Shown piece after piece: positions 23,303-36,550 of a DNA stretch of 64,000 nucleotides. Source of the stretch: Macrostomum lignano (lineage: Eukaryota). The DNA is taken from the NCBI GenBank assembly GCA_002269645.1, contig NIVC01001306.1, forward strand, positions 1-64,000, in the 5' to 3' direction. The notes below the pieces were generated by a model. It was not told the origin of the DNA. It saw only the letters and a list, made by a program, of their open reading frames with translations, and searched no databases. Every line of letters begins with the position of its first letter. The stretch's first letter is position 1. A program made the translations under genes and the position numbers.

Positions 23303-24498
23303 CATGCTTGATTATCAATCTGCGTACGCTTGTGCCGGTGCTTGATTATCAATCTGCGCGCTTGTGCCAGTGCTTGATTATCAATCTGCGCGCTTGTGCC
23401 AGTGCTTGATTATCAATCTGCGCGCTTGTGCCAGTGCTTGATTATCAATCTGCGCGCTTGTGCCAGTGGTTGATTATCAATCTGCGCGCTTGTGCCAGTG
23501 CTTGATTATCAATCTGCGCGCTTTTGCCAGTGGTTGATTATCAATCTGCGCGCTTTTGCCAGTGCTTGATTATCAATCTGCGCGCTTTTGCCAGTGGTTG
23601 ATTATCAATCTGCGCGCTTGTGCCAGTGCTTGATTATCAATCTGCGCGCTTGTGCCAGTGGTTGATTATCAATCTGCGTGCGCTTGTGCCAGTGGTTGAT
23701 TATCAATCTGCGTGCGCTTGTGCCAGTGCTTGATTATCAATCTGCGTGCGCTTGTGCCAGTGCTTGATTATCAATCTGCGTGCGCTTGTGCCGGTGCTTG
23801 ATTATCAATCTGCGCGCTTGTGCCGGTGCTTGATTATCAATCTGCGCGCTTGTGCTAGTGCTTGATTATCGATCTGCGTGCGCTTGTGCCGGTGTTTGAT
23901 TATCAATCCGCGCGCTTGTGCCGGTGCTTGATTATCAATCTGCGTGCGCTTGTGCCGGTGCTTGATTATCAATCTGCGTGCGCTTGTGCCGGTGCTTGAT
24001 TATCGATCTGCGCGCTTGTGCTAGTGCTTGATTATCGATCTGCGTGCGCTTGTGCCGGTGTTTGATTATCAATCCGCGCGCTTGTGCCGGTGCTTGATTA
24101 TCAATCTGCGTGCGCTTGTGCCGGTGCTTGATTATCAATCTGCGTGCGCTTGTGCCGGTGCTTGATTATCGATCTGCGCGCTTGTGCTAGTGCTTGATTA
24201 TCGATCTGCGTGCGCTTGTGCCGGTGTTTGATTATCAATCCGCGCGCTTGTGCCGGTGCTTGATTATCAATCTGCGTGCGCTTGTGCCAGTGCTTGATTA
24301 TCAATCTGCGTGCGCTTGTGCCGGTGCTTGTTTATCAATCTGCGTGCGCTTGTGCCAGTGGTTGATTATCAATCTGCGTGCGCTTGTGCCAGTGCTTGAT
24401 TATCAATCTGCGTGCGCTTGTGCCGGTGCTTGATTATCAATCTGCGTGCGCTTGTGCCGGTGCTTGATTATCAATCTGCGCGCTTGTGCCAGTGCTTG
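23303..24498. repeat. 32/34-bp minisatellite TGCTTGATTATCAATCTGCG(TG)CGCTTGTGCCAG
   Basis: ~35 tandem copies. Confidence 0.96.
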
Positions 24499-26375
24499 AG
24501 CCCTACTGTCCACAGCCGGTGGAAGAGGTGCTGCTGCCTGACGCACATATGCGCCCTGTGGCGCTGTTCATCAAGACCTCTTATAACAGCGTGCTGTGTT
24601 GCCGCTGTTATATGCCAAGAAGCCAAAAAATCACAAAACCAAAATATTTTCGACGCAAAGATTTTTAAGAGTTAAAAAACCTCGAAAAATTGTTTTCAAC
24701 ACTTTGCCAGCAAATATACAAGCTGCAAAAATGTGTCGCAAATTTTTTTTTCTGTCAGAACCATACAGGTCTCTCCCTGACTTCTGTTCATTCCAAACAA
24801 TTTTCCACTTTCCCTGTCAGCTGAACTGCAGCCGCAGGAACACACACGCGCACACAAGCGGACAGATTGAATAGAGAGATTGCCAATCTCTTAACTATAA
24901 CAGCTCCATACACGAGCTATCTGTTGCGGAGGTCCCAACCTCAGCCATCCCCAGGGCAAGCGGGCGCCGCCACACCTTGGGTGGGCAATCCAGCGGCAAG
25001 CAGTAGCCGGGCAAAATGGCTGCTGCAGCTGATCACAGCTTTGCCAGCACAGGAAACAAAACGCTGCGAACAGGCAGGCAACACGGCTTTGGGGGTTGGA
25101 GGCTGCGATCCGGCAAAACAGACGATTAGATTAGAAAAAGAAGAAGACACGCGAAAGAAGAAAGAAGGCAATAGCCTGTTCAAAGCCAGATAGAGACAGA
25201 GAAGTGAAACAGTGAGGCTGCGCTATCCAGTTAGTTTGAAGGGGTGGAGGCAGAATAAGCCATCTGAAGGAAGCCATCAAGACTTTCAGGTGCCCCCGCA
25301 GCCGCCCCTGGCTCACTTTCACTCCTCCGGCTCCTGCCCCTCCTCTCGCGTATCTCCATCGCATAACACAGCTGTGAAATTCTGGCAAGAAAAAGTGAAC
25401 CGAAAGATAAAAATAACCCCCGCTGCTGCCCCGCCGGCCCATCCTCTCCATCCTAGGTGTCCATCAGTCAGAGAGAGAGAGAGAGATGCTTCCATAACTA
25501 TTTTGTATTAGTTTTGCGCCGCCGCAAGCGCAGTTTTTAATGCGATGTCAAGACAGCTTCTTCTCCTTCCTTAGATGCGATGTTTGCGCGCGCTGCTCTC
25601 GCACACTTGGCTTTAGTTATCGATGCCGCAAATCTGTGCCCGGCCCGAACCAAACCAAAGATTTGGTGTCAGCAGCGCCGCGCTGTGGGACCTCTCGTGC
25701 GCGTCTACCTATCAGCCATATATCACTCACACACTCTCTCTCTCACTCTAACATAAGCGTGTTAATAAACCATCTTCCTACCGACCACCTTATAAAGAAA
25801 CCTTGGGGCTCGCAAGATTCCCAGAATCTGATTTCGCGTGTCATATTTTTTCAAGCCGAAGCGCAGGGGAAAAAACCCAGTTATAAAAGCATTTGGCTTT
25901 TAAACCCGTTTTAACATTTGCCGTTTTTTTCTCTCGCACCTCACCTTCAGGCACAGATGCGTAATTAAGCTTTTTTTCTTTTAACAGGAATCTAGTCAAA
26001 CCCTTTGCCACTTAATTTGGTCATTAGGGAGAATTACTTACAACAATTATTCTCTCTATAATTGAATTTGCATCATTGCCTACAGCAAAAAAATCTGAAT
26101 TTTTAGCAGTAGGGAACTACGAATACTATACGAGCGTAGGCTTGAAAAAAATAACTGGGGAGAAAAAGCGCGTAAAGAACTGCTATCATCTGTTGTCATC
26201 TATAAATTTAATGAAGCCAGCCACTGCACTAATTATGCTGTAAACGGGAGCTTGTAAAGGAGCTTTGGGGAATTTCCAGACAATTTAAGGAATATAATTA
26301 CATTCTGACCAGACAATTAATAACTAGCAAACCATTTTGCCAATCTCCGTTCTCAGTCAGTGAACAGAATATTTG

Positions 26376-26870
26376 AGCGCCAATTTAGCGCTAAAAGCGA
26401 GATTTTAGCGCCAAAGATGAGATTTTAGCGCCAACGGTGAGATTTTAGCGCCAAAATGAGATATTAGCGCCAACGATGATATTTTAGCGCCTAAGGTGAG
26501 ATTTTAGCGCCAACCGTCAGATTTTAGCGCCAACGGTAAGATTTTAGCGCCAAAGATGAGATTTTAGCGCCAAAGATGAGATTTTAGCGCCAACAGTGAG
26601 ATTTTAGCGCCAAAGATTAGATTTTAGCGCCAAAGATGAGATTCTAGCGCCAACGGTGAGTTTTTAGCGCCAAAATGAGATTTTAGCGCCAAAATTTGCG
26701 CCAAAGACAAGGTTTTAGCATCAATTTAGCACCAAAATCGAGATTTGAGCGCCAATTTAGCGCCAAATGTGAGATTCTAGCACCAAAGGCGAGATTTCAG
26801 CGCCAATTTAGCGCCAAAAGCAAGATTTTAGCGCCAAAGGCGAGACTTTAGCGCCAGTTTAGCGCCGATA
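26376..26870. repeat. ~20-bp minisatellite GAGATTTTAGCGCCAAAGAT (TTTAGCGCC family)
   Basis: Tandem, moderately diverged copies. Confidence 0.92.
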
Positions 26871-29800
26871 GATTTTTACGTGTACTATCACTATTCTATT
26901 TAAAAATTAATAAAATTAAAACTGAAAAGTTTAACGGTGATATAGCAATTTTTTGTCGTCAAGGGGGTCCTGTTGGTATATGTCTGCCAACCCGGATCCT
27001 AAAAACTATGTCTTTTGCCTATATTATTTGATTCCCAAATTTCTGTCGCGTGTCCACTCATACATGCAAATTCGACTTTCACCTGGCCATTAGAGACAGA
27101 CAGACACCTGAGCGCTACAGGGGTGACCACCAGCAGGTTGAGAGAGAGAGAGAGAGAGAGAGAGGGTGGGGCGGGGCGGGGCGGCGCGGCGCGGCGGGAT
27201 CGCAGTCGCCAACTTTTAATGCCCGACGGACGGACGACAATTCCTTCAATATTTCATCTATGGTTAATGGCTGTTCAACAACATGGGGGAAACGGTTCAC
27301 AGAATCTAGAGCCAAGGCATGCCTAGTCGAATATATTCGATGCATTTTTAATCAGACACTTCACGGACCCGCACCACCACAAGGGGAGGCGGCCTGCAGT
27401 TCCGCTCCTCCCCCATCCGCCACTTTCTCTCTCCCCTGTCGCAGTCGGGGTCCATGCCATAGACAACAGACATCTGGCGCTCCTCTCTGGCTAGAAAGCT
27501 ACTACGGCTAAGGGGCCGCCGCTGCGTTGCGTATAAAATAATATAAACTGCCGGCCAGCGCCTGCCCCGCCTGTCCAGCTTGACTATTTCATATTATTAT
27601 TATTATTACTACATACTATAACTATTTATTATACAGAGAAGACGGTCAACTTGACCATAGGCTAACAATCAAATATAGTTCAATCCCCCTAGTCGTCACC
27701 CAGTTATTAGGAATTAAGACTAACAATATCTGATGGTATTATATCTTTAAAATACTTATAGTTTAGAAAATTCGATTACTCTTAGCTAACCTTTAAGATA
27801 CTCGAGTGTCTACAAGCCATAGGGCACGGCTGAGGAAGTTGGTCCCACTTTCTATCTCTCTAATATATCTGCGTCACAAGTGGGGAGAATTATTGTGCTC
27901 CTCTGTTCTAAGCCCCAATTTGAGAACAATTGAGAACACCATGTCTTACCTTGGCTGGCTACGACTCCGCCCCGCATGCCTTATATTATAGCAAATGCAT
28001 AAATTTATGACACTTATAATCATAACCTAAGACAGCTAGATATGATGATGATGACTCAAGTGGGAGGAGAAGCTGGACATTCAAGTTGATTGCCGTCGGG
28101 CCATCTTAACGACAGACAAACCAATGAGTAGTTTGAGTAGCTATGGAGCTTGCAGAGGCGCTCTAAGTACCCAGAAACTAACAAAGCAACTGTTTACACA
28201 ATTTACATGTTTAATAATCCAAAGTGAAGCATAGGATTGAAGTAAAGAAACAACTGTTCTGCATAAGCAACAGGTGTGGTGGAGTTTACTTGTATTCTGC
28301 CACTAGCGCTTAACTCTCTCAGACTCTATTTTATAATGGCTCTGTGAAGATGAAAATCTTCTTTTTTAAAAGAAGAAAAGATAGAGAATCTATCGAACTG
28401 AGGTAAACAAAGACTTGCACTGTTTACTGACTGTTCATTGATAAAATAGGAACAAAGGATCAAACGCTAGGAATATCTCTATTTCCTAGTGCAATTGATT
28501 GCTTGATAAAAACTTCTATATATGGAGAAAAGCCGTAGCAATACTACAAGAAAATAATAATTAGAGTAGAAAATTCCTAAGCAAACCATGTTGTGATGGC
28601 AGCAAGCGATACAACTGTTGTGAATTAATAGGCGGAGCCCCAGTCGGTCATTAAGGAGAAATCATCGGGCCATGGGGGGTGCAGGGCGATTTTTCTATTT
28701 ATCCCCTAGCCTCTGTAGTGCTAGCACCCCCAATCTATAAAGGGGGTTGGTTGGGTCGGGACAGCGGGGTAGTGCATATTCGAAATGCATTTTCTCTTAC
28801 TAGTAAATGCATATAAGCAGGCGGTGGTAGGGCAGAGTTCCCGCTGCGAAGGACGCTGCGGAATAATATATCCCCGCAGATTCGGCCGCATCAGACCCCA
28901 CCGGTTGAAAGCCCCCGCTTTGCCTTTCTCGACACAGTTAAAAAAAATCTCCCCGCCCCCTCTCCTTTTTGATTCTTTTTAGTGGCCTCACGCCGAGCAA
29001 GCTAAGGGCTCCAAAGCTTTGCCCCGAGAGGTCGCTCGGGGGATCGGGCGGATGGTGCATTTGCGACTTATTGCAGCAAATGCTGAGGAAGCAGAGACGG
29101 GGAGAGATGGGGGGGAGTGGTCGGGTGGCAAGCTGGCAAATTCGGATCCGGGGATAGCTTCAGAGAGAGGACGAGGCGCGCTCCCCCCTCCCAACCCCGC
29201 TCCGCCCCGACCTGCGAGGGCCGCGTCAATCAACTACAGGATTTGGTCGATTTCAAGTGTCAATCAGATTTCGGCTTGGGCCGCCCGACCTACCGATACA
29301 CAAGTCATTAGTTTGGTATACAGAGAGAGGAGGTGAAGAGGGGAGAGTAAGAAGGGAAAGGAGGAGGGGAATGTGGGATTTGGGAAGAGCTGCTGCTGAG
29401 AGGGAGATGGGGAGGAGCAGGCAGTGGGAAAGCGGTGCCCTCAGCGGCTCGAGGCTGAAGAGGCGGCGAGCCAGCATCCAATCCCGTATTCTCAAAAGCT
29501 TTCGCACTATTAAAAGGGCTTAAGTGAGGAGGCTGGAGTAATAATATTATTAAAAAATTGTGTTCAGAATGAGTTAGCAGGTGCCAAAAGCCTCGAGTGG
29601 GTGCGAACTTCAATAAGATGAAATCATCCCCCAAAAAAATCCAGTTTGGCAGGTAAAAACGTAACAGGATAAGGGGTCGGTGTGACAAAAGGTGCAAATT
29701 GATCGGTCCGCTGCTTCCGCAAGTTCATAGGGCGGTTATAATAATTATCGGATCATAGATTTAAAATCATAATTGGCACTCATAAAATTGAATTTTAATT

Positions 29801-30850
29801 GTCTGATTTAATAAGCTAAGCTGAAAATTGGCTGAATTGTTAATGCCTAAAACCAGCCGTCAGAAAAGAATCCATACTCTATTTCACAAGAGCACTGGCC
29901 GAACGGCGCCAGACATCCTGACGCTGTCCAGGCAGGTTGTCAAAAATTGACAAGAACTACTCTGCGCTCGTAGATAAAAATAAAACACGCACCGATACGA
30001 GACACACTGCTGGAGATTAAAAACCGTTTTTAATAATGACAATATACGAATCAGGTAAAGTAAATTTACTTGCAGAAGAAACACACTTAAAGAAGGCCTA
30101 CAAATGAGAAAGATTTCGTGTTGTAAAAAATAGCTAGTGTTTCACAGATAGCGCCCACGCGAACACAGACAGACAGACAGACAGGCTGGCAGGCAGACAG
30201 ACGACAAGGGCAAATGTTTTATAAAATTGTCAAAGCCACTGCGTGCTGGCAACCCGCTGCACTGTGACTTTGCGCTGCCACAGGCCTTAACAACACAACC
30301 TCACTCCGCGACCCCCACTCGAGCCCACAACCCCACCCCTCCAAGCGTTTGATTGACAACCGTTTTACACCTCTTGATAAGGACTCTAGTGGCAGGCACC
30401 CCCTCCCTATCTGGCCTTGCTTCATCACCTCACCTCTCCTCCAGGTGTCAAGAGATGCAGCAAGCCCCTCTATGTGTGTGTCGTTTGGGCCTGGTGAAAC
30501 TGCAGCATATCGCTAGCCAACTAAGAACCATCCCCTGGGGGGAGACACATTACACTACACACGGGGGCTCTACATACCTGTGTGTGAGAGAGCCGGACAG
30601 GCGGTCCCACCTAGGCATTCTTGCCTCCAAGCCTGTGTGTAGAACAAAAAAACACTTTCTCTTCACTATACTGCGCCTTAATAACCTTAATAACCTCTCA
30701 GACTGAAAAACATGAAATCTAATTTCTAACTAACGCTATGAAAATGAAAAAACACGCGTTCTCACACGCTGACTGTTCTGGGAAAAGCTGCTGGGTTTAA
30801 GTTAATGAAAAATGATAGATATGAGACGCATGGAAACTATAATAACTCAC

Positions 30851-31392
30851 CACTAGATGCTGAAATAGCCACTGTTTCATTATCTGCGTAGCGCGTTTCG
30901 GTAAAACGCCGCGTTTCTGCTTGTTTTTATCGTCTAACGAATCTGTTGGACTGCCCAGCTGGTGGTGATGGTGATGGCTGGACTGCTGATGGTGCTGCTG
31001 CTGATGCAGCGGAAGCGGAATATGAGTGCCGCCGCTGCCGCCAGTCGGCATCAAGCCCGGATGGTGGCCGGGCTGTCTGGGCGCCGCTGCCGAGCCGGGA
31101 TATGCATAGTGGGGATAAGCTGGGCCGCCGCTGCCGCCGCCGCTGTGCAGCAGGTGATGATGCTGATGGGCGTGATGATGATCGGGGTACAGGTGCGACG
31201 GGTGGCCACCGTAGAAGCCGTTTTGGCTGCCTCCGTTGCCGGAATGGATGGCCGCTGCTGCTGCTGCGGCGGCCGCCGCGGCCGCTGCCGCCGTCGCGTG
31301 CGGCTGCTGCGAATGCGACTGGCCGCCGGCTGCCGCCGCCGCCGAGGGCGAAGCGTCGCCCGACTCGGAACTGGGCGAATTGGGCATGGAGT
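30851..31392 (-). CDS. PKNOX: PKNOX/Prep exon 3 (linker and homeodomain helix 1)
   Basis: Ends DDKNKQKRGVLPKRATQIMKQWLFQHLV|GTGAGT, joining HPYP; phase 1 in, phase 0 out. Confidence 0.9.
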
Positions 31393-31434
31393 CTGCGGGC
31401 GGCACAGGGCGGGACGGCGGCTCAGGGGAGTTCT

Positions 31435-31695
31435 TAACTGAGGACTCAGGGAGTTCGGACTGAAGACTCAGGGAGTTCGGACTGAAGACTCAGGGAGTTC
31501 GGACTGAAGATTTAGGGCTTTCGATCCATATTTAGGAGTTTGAATTGAAATAGTGCATAGACTAAACTGATCGATCTCAACTAAGCGTAAGAATGGTTTT
31601 AAGTTAAGACTCAAGGGTTTGAGTTGAGACTCAGGGGTTCAATTGAGACTCAGGGGTTTGAATTGAGACTCATGGGTTTGAACTAAGACTCAGGG
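31435..31695. repeat. 20-22-bp GACTCAGGG repeats filling most of the 328-bp prep intron 2
   Basis: GACTCAGGGAGTTCGGACTGAA x3 plus diverged GACTCAGGGGTTTGAATTGA units. Confidence 0.85.
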
Positions 31696-31720
31696 CTTCA
31701 TTAAAAGCGAACACACGCAC

Positions 31721-32166
31721 CGTGCTGCAGAAAGTCGGCTTGCTGATAGCGGCACCGCACGGTATTAATATACCTCGAGCAGAAGTCGCGGCACAATTCA
31801 TTGACCTTCTCCAATTCAATAATGTGAATGCCGAGCACCTGGACAGCTTCGATCATCAGTTGGTCCAAATCCGGGTTGGAGCCGCAGTCTAAACTGCCTC
31901 TGCCGCCGCCGCTGTCGCTGCCAGTTGCAGAGTCTCGCTGTTGCTGCTGCTGCTGCTGCTGCTGGTGCTGCTGCAGAAACGCCTGAACATCGGCGTCAAG
32001 CGACTCCTTGCCAGATGTCTGCGTGTCCAACTGAGCCGTGGACGCCTCGCATCGTTCCAGCACGCTGGCCAGCAGGGGAAACAGAGGGTGCGCGTAGATG
32101 CACTTCTTCTCGCTTTCTTGCTGCGGATGGGCGGCGGCCAGCTCCACGGAGGTCAGAGTTGGGGCG
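31721..32166 (-). CDS. PKNOX: PKNOX/Prep exon 2 (MEINOX/HM1-HM2 PBX-interaction domain)
   Basis: EKKCIYAHPLFPLLASVLERCE and LDQLMIEAVQVLGIHIIELEKVNELCRDFCSRYI; phase 2 in, phase 1 out. Confidence 0.92.
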
Positions 32167-32239
32167 CTGAGAATGCACGGGCGAGCGGCGAGATGTACCG
32201 ATAAATTAAATTCGACACAAATCAGAGAACAGAGGCTTG

Positions 32240-32700
32240 TCACTCTCCGATCTCTCTAGCCGCTAAGTCACTCTCCGATCTCTCTCTAGCCGCTAAGTCA
32301 CTCTCCGATCTATTTAACCGCTAAGTCACTCTCCGATCTCTCTAGCCGCTAAGTCACTCTCCGATCTATTTAACCGCTAAGTCACTCTCCGATCTCTCTA
32401 GCCGCTAAATCACTCTCCGATCTCTCTAGCCGCTAAGTCACTCTCCGATCTCTCTAGCCGCTAAGTCACTCTCCGATCTCTCTAGCCGCTAAGTCACTCT
32501 CCGATCTCTCTCTAGCCGCTAAGTCACTCTCCGATCTATTTAACCGCTAAGTCACTCTCCGATCTCTCTAGCCGCTAAGTCACTCTCCGATCTATTTAAC
32601 CGCTAAGTCACTCTCCGATCTCTCTAGCCGCTAAATCACTCTCCGATCTCTCTAGCCACTAAGTCACTCTCCGATCTCTCTAACCGCTAAGTCACTCTCA
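32240..32700. repeat. 28-bp minisatellite TCTCTAGCCGCTAAGTCACTCTCCGATC
   Basis: ~16 tandem copies. Confidence 0.94.
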
Positions 32701-35700
32701 TATCTATAGAAACACTGCGATACATCGCCACCCCATTGTCACTTATCCTTTCTTTAACTCAATCACGCAACTCTCGTATTTCGAATCGTACAGCGACTTT
32801 TATTGACTAATATTGTCATCCATCTATTAGGCATCTAATAATAATAAGCAAGCGATTTCCCGTCTGTCTCAATTCTGCCACTCAAGATGAAATGATTTTT
32901 AAATAAAGCCGACCCCATCAAATACGAGAGACAATATTAGACAAGAACATGAGACAACCCAAGAACTCTGAGTCCAACCGATTAACCTAGCCGTCACTTA
33001 TTCTCGCTCCTCACTCTACCAAAATATTCTGCCGCAGCGGAATATTCCCAAGCAGACAGTGAAATCTCCATCAACCTGAAAGCAAATCGGGCCTTTCATC
33101 CCGCAGCCTCTTAAAACAGGAAGGAAAATGGGAGCTGGGACAGAGAAAAAGAAGCGCTGAAGTGGGAAGGCGAAATGGAAGGCGATTGACAAGCCGAGAG
33201 TTTGCTTGCTAGGCTTGTCTTTCAAAATTTGAATTTCTTCGTCTGACAGGTAAAACAGAAATGCTAGCACAGAATCCAGCGCCACCTGCTATTGTCACAC
33301 ATCTGTATACTATACTCAAAAATCCATGCTCGCCTCGAAACCCAGCAGAAATTGAAGCGTCAATCAGTTTTTAAAAAGAGAAATTCTTGCCAAAAATACT
33401 TCTAACATTCAGGCAGCCACGATAGAAGACAAAATAAAAAAAAGTAAATGTCTCTAAAACATCATCGGTATGCAGAAAGCAGACAGCAAGAAAGATTTCC
33501 AGACAAAGATAAGCATCAACGCAATGCGGAAGAAACCGTATTGAAATCGTTGGGGATTTCAACAGCTAAATCCCTCGAAAGTTATGATCCCAACCCGGAG
33601 GAACCGAAGGGATGAAGGGCGATTTAGCGGAGTCCGTAGCTTAAGTCCCGATTGATCCCTTAGCCTGAATTGGTTTGTGTAAGGCTTGATGATGCCCCCC
33701 GCTGAAGACTTGCATGCAGCACAAGTGTGTTTTGCGTGTGTGCAGTGTGTGCAATGACTGGCCAAGTATCAATAACACACTCGTTTTACGATTAGTTATT
33801 TATTTCGAATCTACATAGAATTAGTTGTATAAATATAAAACATTGGCAGTTACGTCACTGAATGCAAAGGTCGGAGCAGGAGAGAGAGATAGAGCGGAAT
33901 CTGTCCTTAGACTGTATGGTCCGGATCCCAGTTCAACAGCAGATTACCAATTGTTCCAACCTGACTGTCAGTTCCAATTGCAGCATCTAGATAGGCCTAA
34001 TCAACGGGTCTGTATAGCGCCAGCGGTGACAGATCCTCTTGACTGAATGCTCTAGTAGCTGAATTTGCATCTAACTCCCCGCTTGACCGGGAAAGAAGGG
34101 AGCAAGAATTCGAGAATCCAGATCGAGTGCTGAGGTCCTTGTGAGTTGAGGATAAAGTAGAAGCCTCTTCAGAGGTGTCCATCATCGGACACTCGCCGCC
34201 GCCGGTTGGCGAGGAGACAGGAACCGCCCCCCCCCACACTCCGATCTCGCGGCTATAATAAGGCGGCATTAAGGAGATCGAGTGTCTCTCTTTAACAGCT
34301 AGCGCAAGAGCAGCTCCTTTGGCCTTGCAGCGCGAGTGTAGAAGGCTACTGCTATGGGGGGGGGGCGAGGGCGAGGGGTCAGCTCGACGAGCCTCAGAGA
34401 AGGGAAGTGAAACTTTCTCTTGCTCACCACCCGTTCTCAGCTGGCTCGCCACCCATATCAACAGTGATTGACACCAACTTATAGCGGCTTGCAACGAAGT
34501 GGGGGGTGGAGCTGAGTAGGGGGTCGAAAAGGGCCTCAATTATGAACAAGGCGGGGCTGGCCAATCTCCGCCTTCAAGCCTTGCCCCCCCTCCCGATCCT
34601 GAAAAAGGGATTCTCTATGCAGTGCATGCAGAGGCTCTTTGACTCAACAAGAAACCGAATACTGTTCAAATATTCGCTATGGCAACCCGATTGGTTGAAC
34701 AGACACAAATATTAAAAAATGGCTCAACACTTTACCAACTAACCACTGAGCTCTATTGAAGGCCTCACGGGGAAGGCATAATAATCATTTCTATATATAC
34801 TAATATGATTAGGCCGGTGGCACACACAGACAGAGAAGCCAGCAATAGCACGCAAAGATTAAATTGGGAAGGAATGCTCAGGCAAAAGCACCATACGGTC
34901 AGTAAAAGCACCAACTGTTGCTTTTTAGTATAGTTGGACAGATTAACTATTGGGGAATCAGAATAGCCACACACGCATGCGCTTAGCGGACAATAAGAAT
35001 TAAATAGGACTCGATACCTTTATTGTCCTAAATGAATATATTATTTAGCTTAGTATTAGTATTAGACTGGGTTAGCGGATAGGCAACGGATCGGTGAAGA
35101 GAGAAATGAAAAAGAGAGAGAGAGAGAGAGCACAGCGGGCCTGACAAAGGAGCTTATTGCCGCAGCAGTGGCGGCGGCAGCAATTTGAACAGTCGGGGGT
35201 TGCATGATTCACCAGAGCAGCAGCAGCGGCATAAGCTCTCTCTCTATCTCTCTCTTTCGCATTCTCTTCATATATTCTTCTCTTTCTCTTCTGCATGGCC
35301 TGTCGGGCCGCAACAGGTGTAGCTCCGCGGGGGCGAGGCAGCGAGAGGGGAGCCTTAGAGGGGAGGGGGAGGGAGAAAGCAAAAAACTGGAATTAAGAAG
35401 GGAAGACACGGCCAGACCAGAAGAATTTCGACACTAAAAAGAGAGGCAAGCGATTGCGCCAGGGTTTAACCTGAGGGCGAAGCTCGGAATTGGTATAGAT
35501 GGGCGAAGAAAATGAGGATAGATGCTAATCCCTCCATCCCCAGAATGCTGACTGACCATTTGACCGGGCTGCACACTCTACCCTGCATGTAACTCTTTGA
35601 AATATAACTTTGAAACTGAACATGACAAATATGAGATAGAACTAATATTACCTATTCTGAATAGAAGATATTACTTACCGGTATAAGGCATTTCAAACAG

Positions 35701-35734
35701 CTTAAAGAAGCTTAAAGAATGACGACCAGGTCTG

Positions 35735-36305
35735 AGGATCTTGGATGGTGGAAGTCCAACATGAGGATCTTGGATTGTGGAAGTCCAACATGAGGATCTT
35801 GGATTGTGGAAGTCCAACATGAGCATCTTGGATTGTGGAAGTCCAACATGAGCATCTTGGATTGTGGAAGTCCAACATGAGCATCTTGGATTGTGGAAGT
35901 CCAACATGAGCATCTTGGATTGTGGAAGTCCAACATGAGGATCTTGGATTGTGGAAGTCCAACATGAGCATCTTGGATTGTGGAAGTCCAACATGAGGAT
36001 CTTGGATTGTGGAAGTCCAACATGAGCATCTTGGATTGTGGAAGTCCAACATGAGGATCTTGGATTGTGGAAGTCCAACATGAGGATCTTGGATTGTGGA
36101 AGTCCAACATGAGGATCTTGGATTGTGGAAGTCCAACATGAGGATCTTGGATTGTGGAAGTCCAACAGGAGGATCTTGGATTGTGGAAGTCCAACATGAG
36201 GATCTTGGATTGTGGAAGTCCAACAAGAGGATCTTGGATTGTGGAAGTCCAACATGAGGATCTTGGATTGTGGAAGTCCAACATGAGGATCTTGGATTGT
36301 GGAAG
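35735..36305. repeat. 29-bp minisatellite TGGATTGTGGAAGTCCAACATGAGGATCT
   Basis: ~19 tandem copies. Confidence 0.95.
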
Positions 36306-36309
36306 TCTA

Positions 36310-36550
36310 ATATGAGGATGACCTGAGAGATCTGGGAGGGTGACTGCTCAAGCCTGAAGATCCGGGAGGGTAACTGCTCAAGCCTGAAGATCTGAGAGGG
36401 TGACTGCTCAAACCTGAGGATCTGAGAGAGTGACTGCTCAAACCTGAGGATCTGAGAGAGTGATTGCTCAAACCTGAGGATCTGAGAGAGTGATTGCTCA
36501 AACCTGAGGATCTGGGAGGGTGACTGCTCAAGCCTGAAGATCTGGGAGGG
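36310..36550. repeat. 30-bp minisatellite with GTGACTGCTCAA(G/A)CCTGA(A/G)GATCTG core
   Basis: ~7 copies directly abutting the 29-bp array. Confidence 0.88.

Noticed and set aside
23178-24505. TAGGGC...GCCCTA as TIRs around the 32/34-bp array
   Set aside because: Only a 6-bp match and no target-site duplication.
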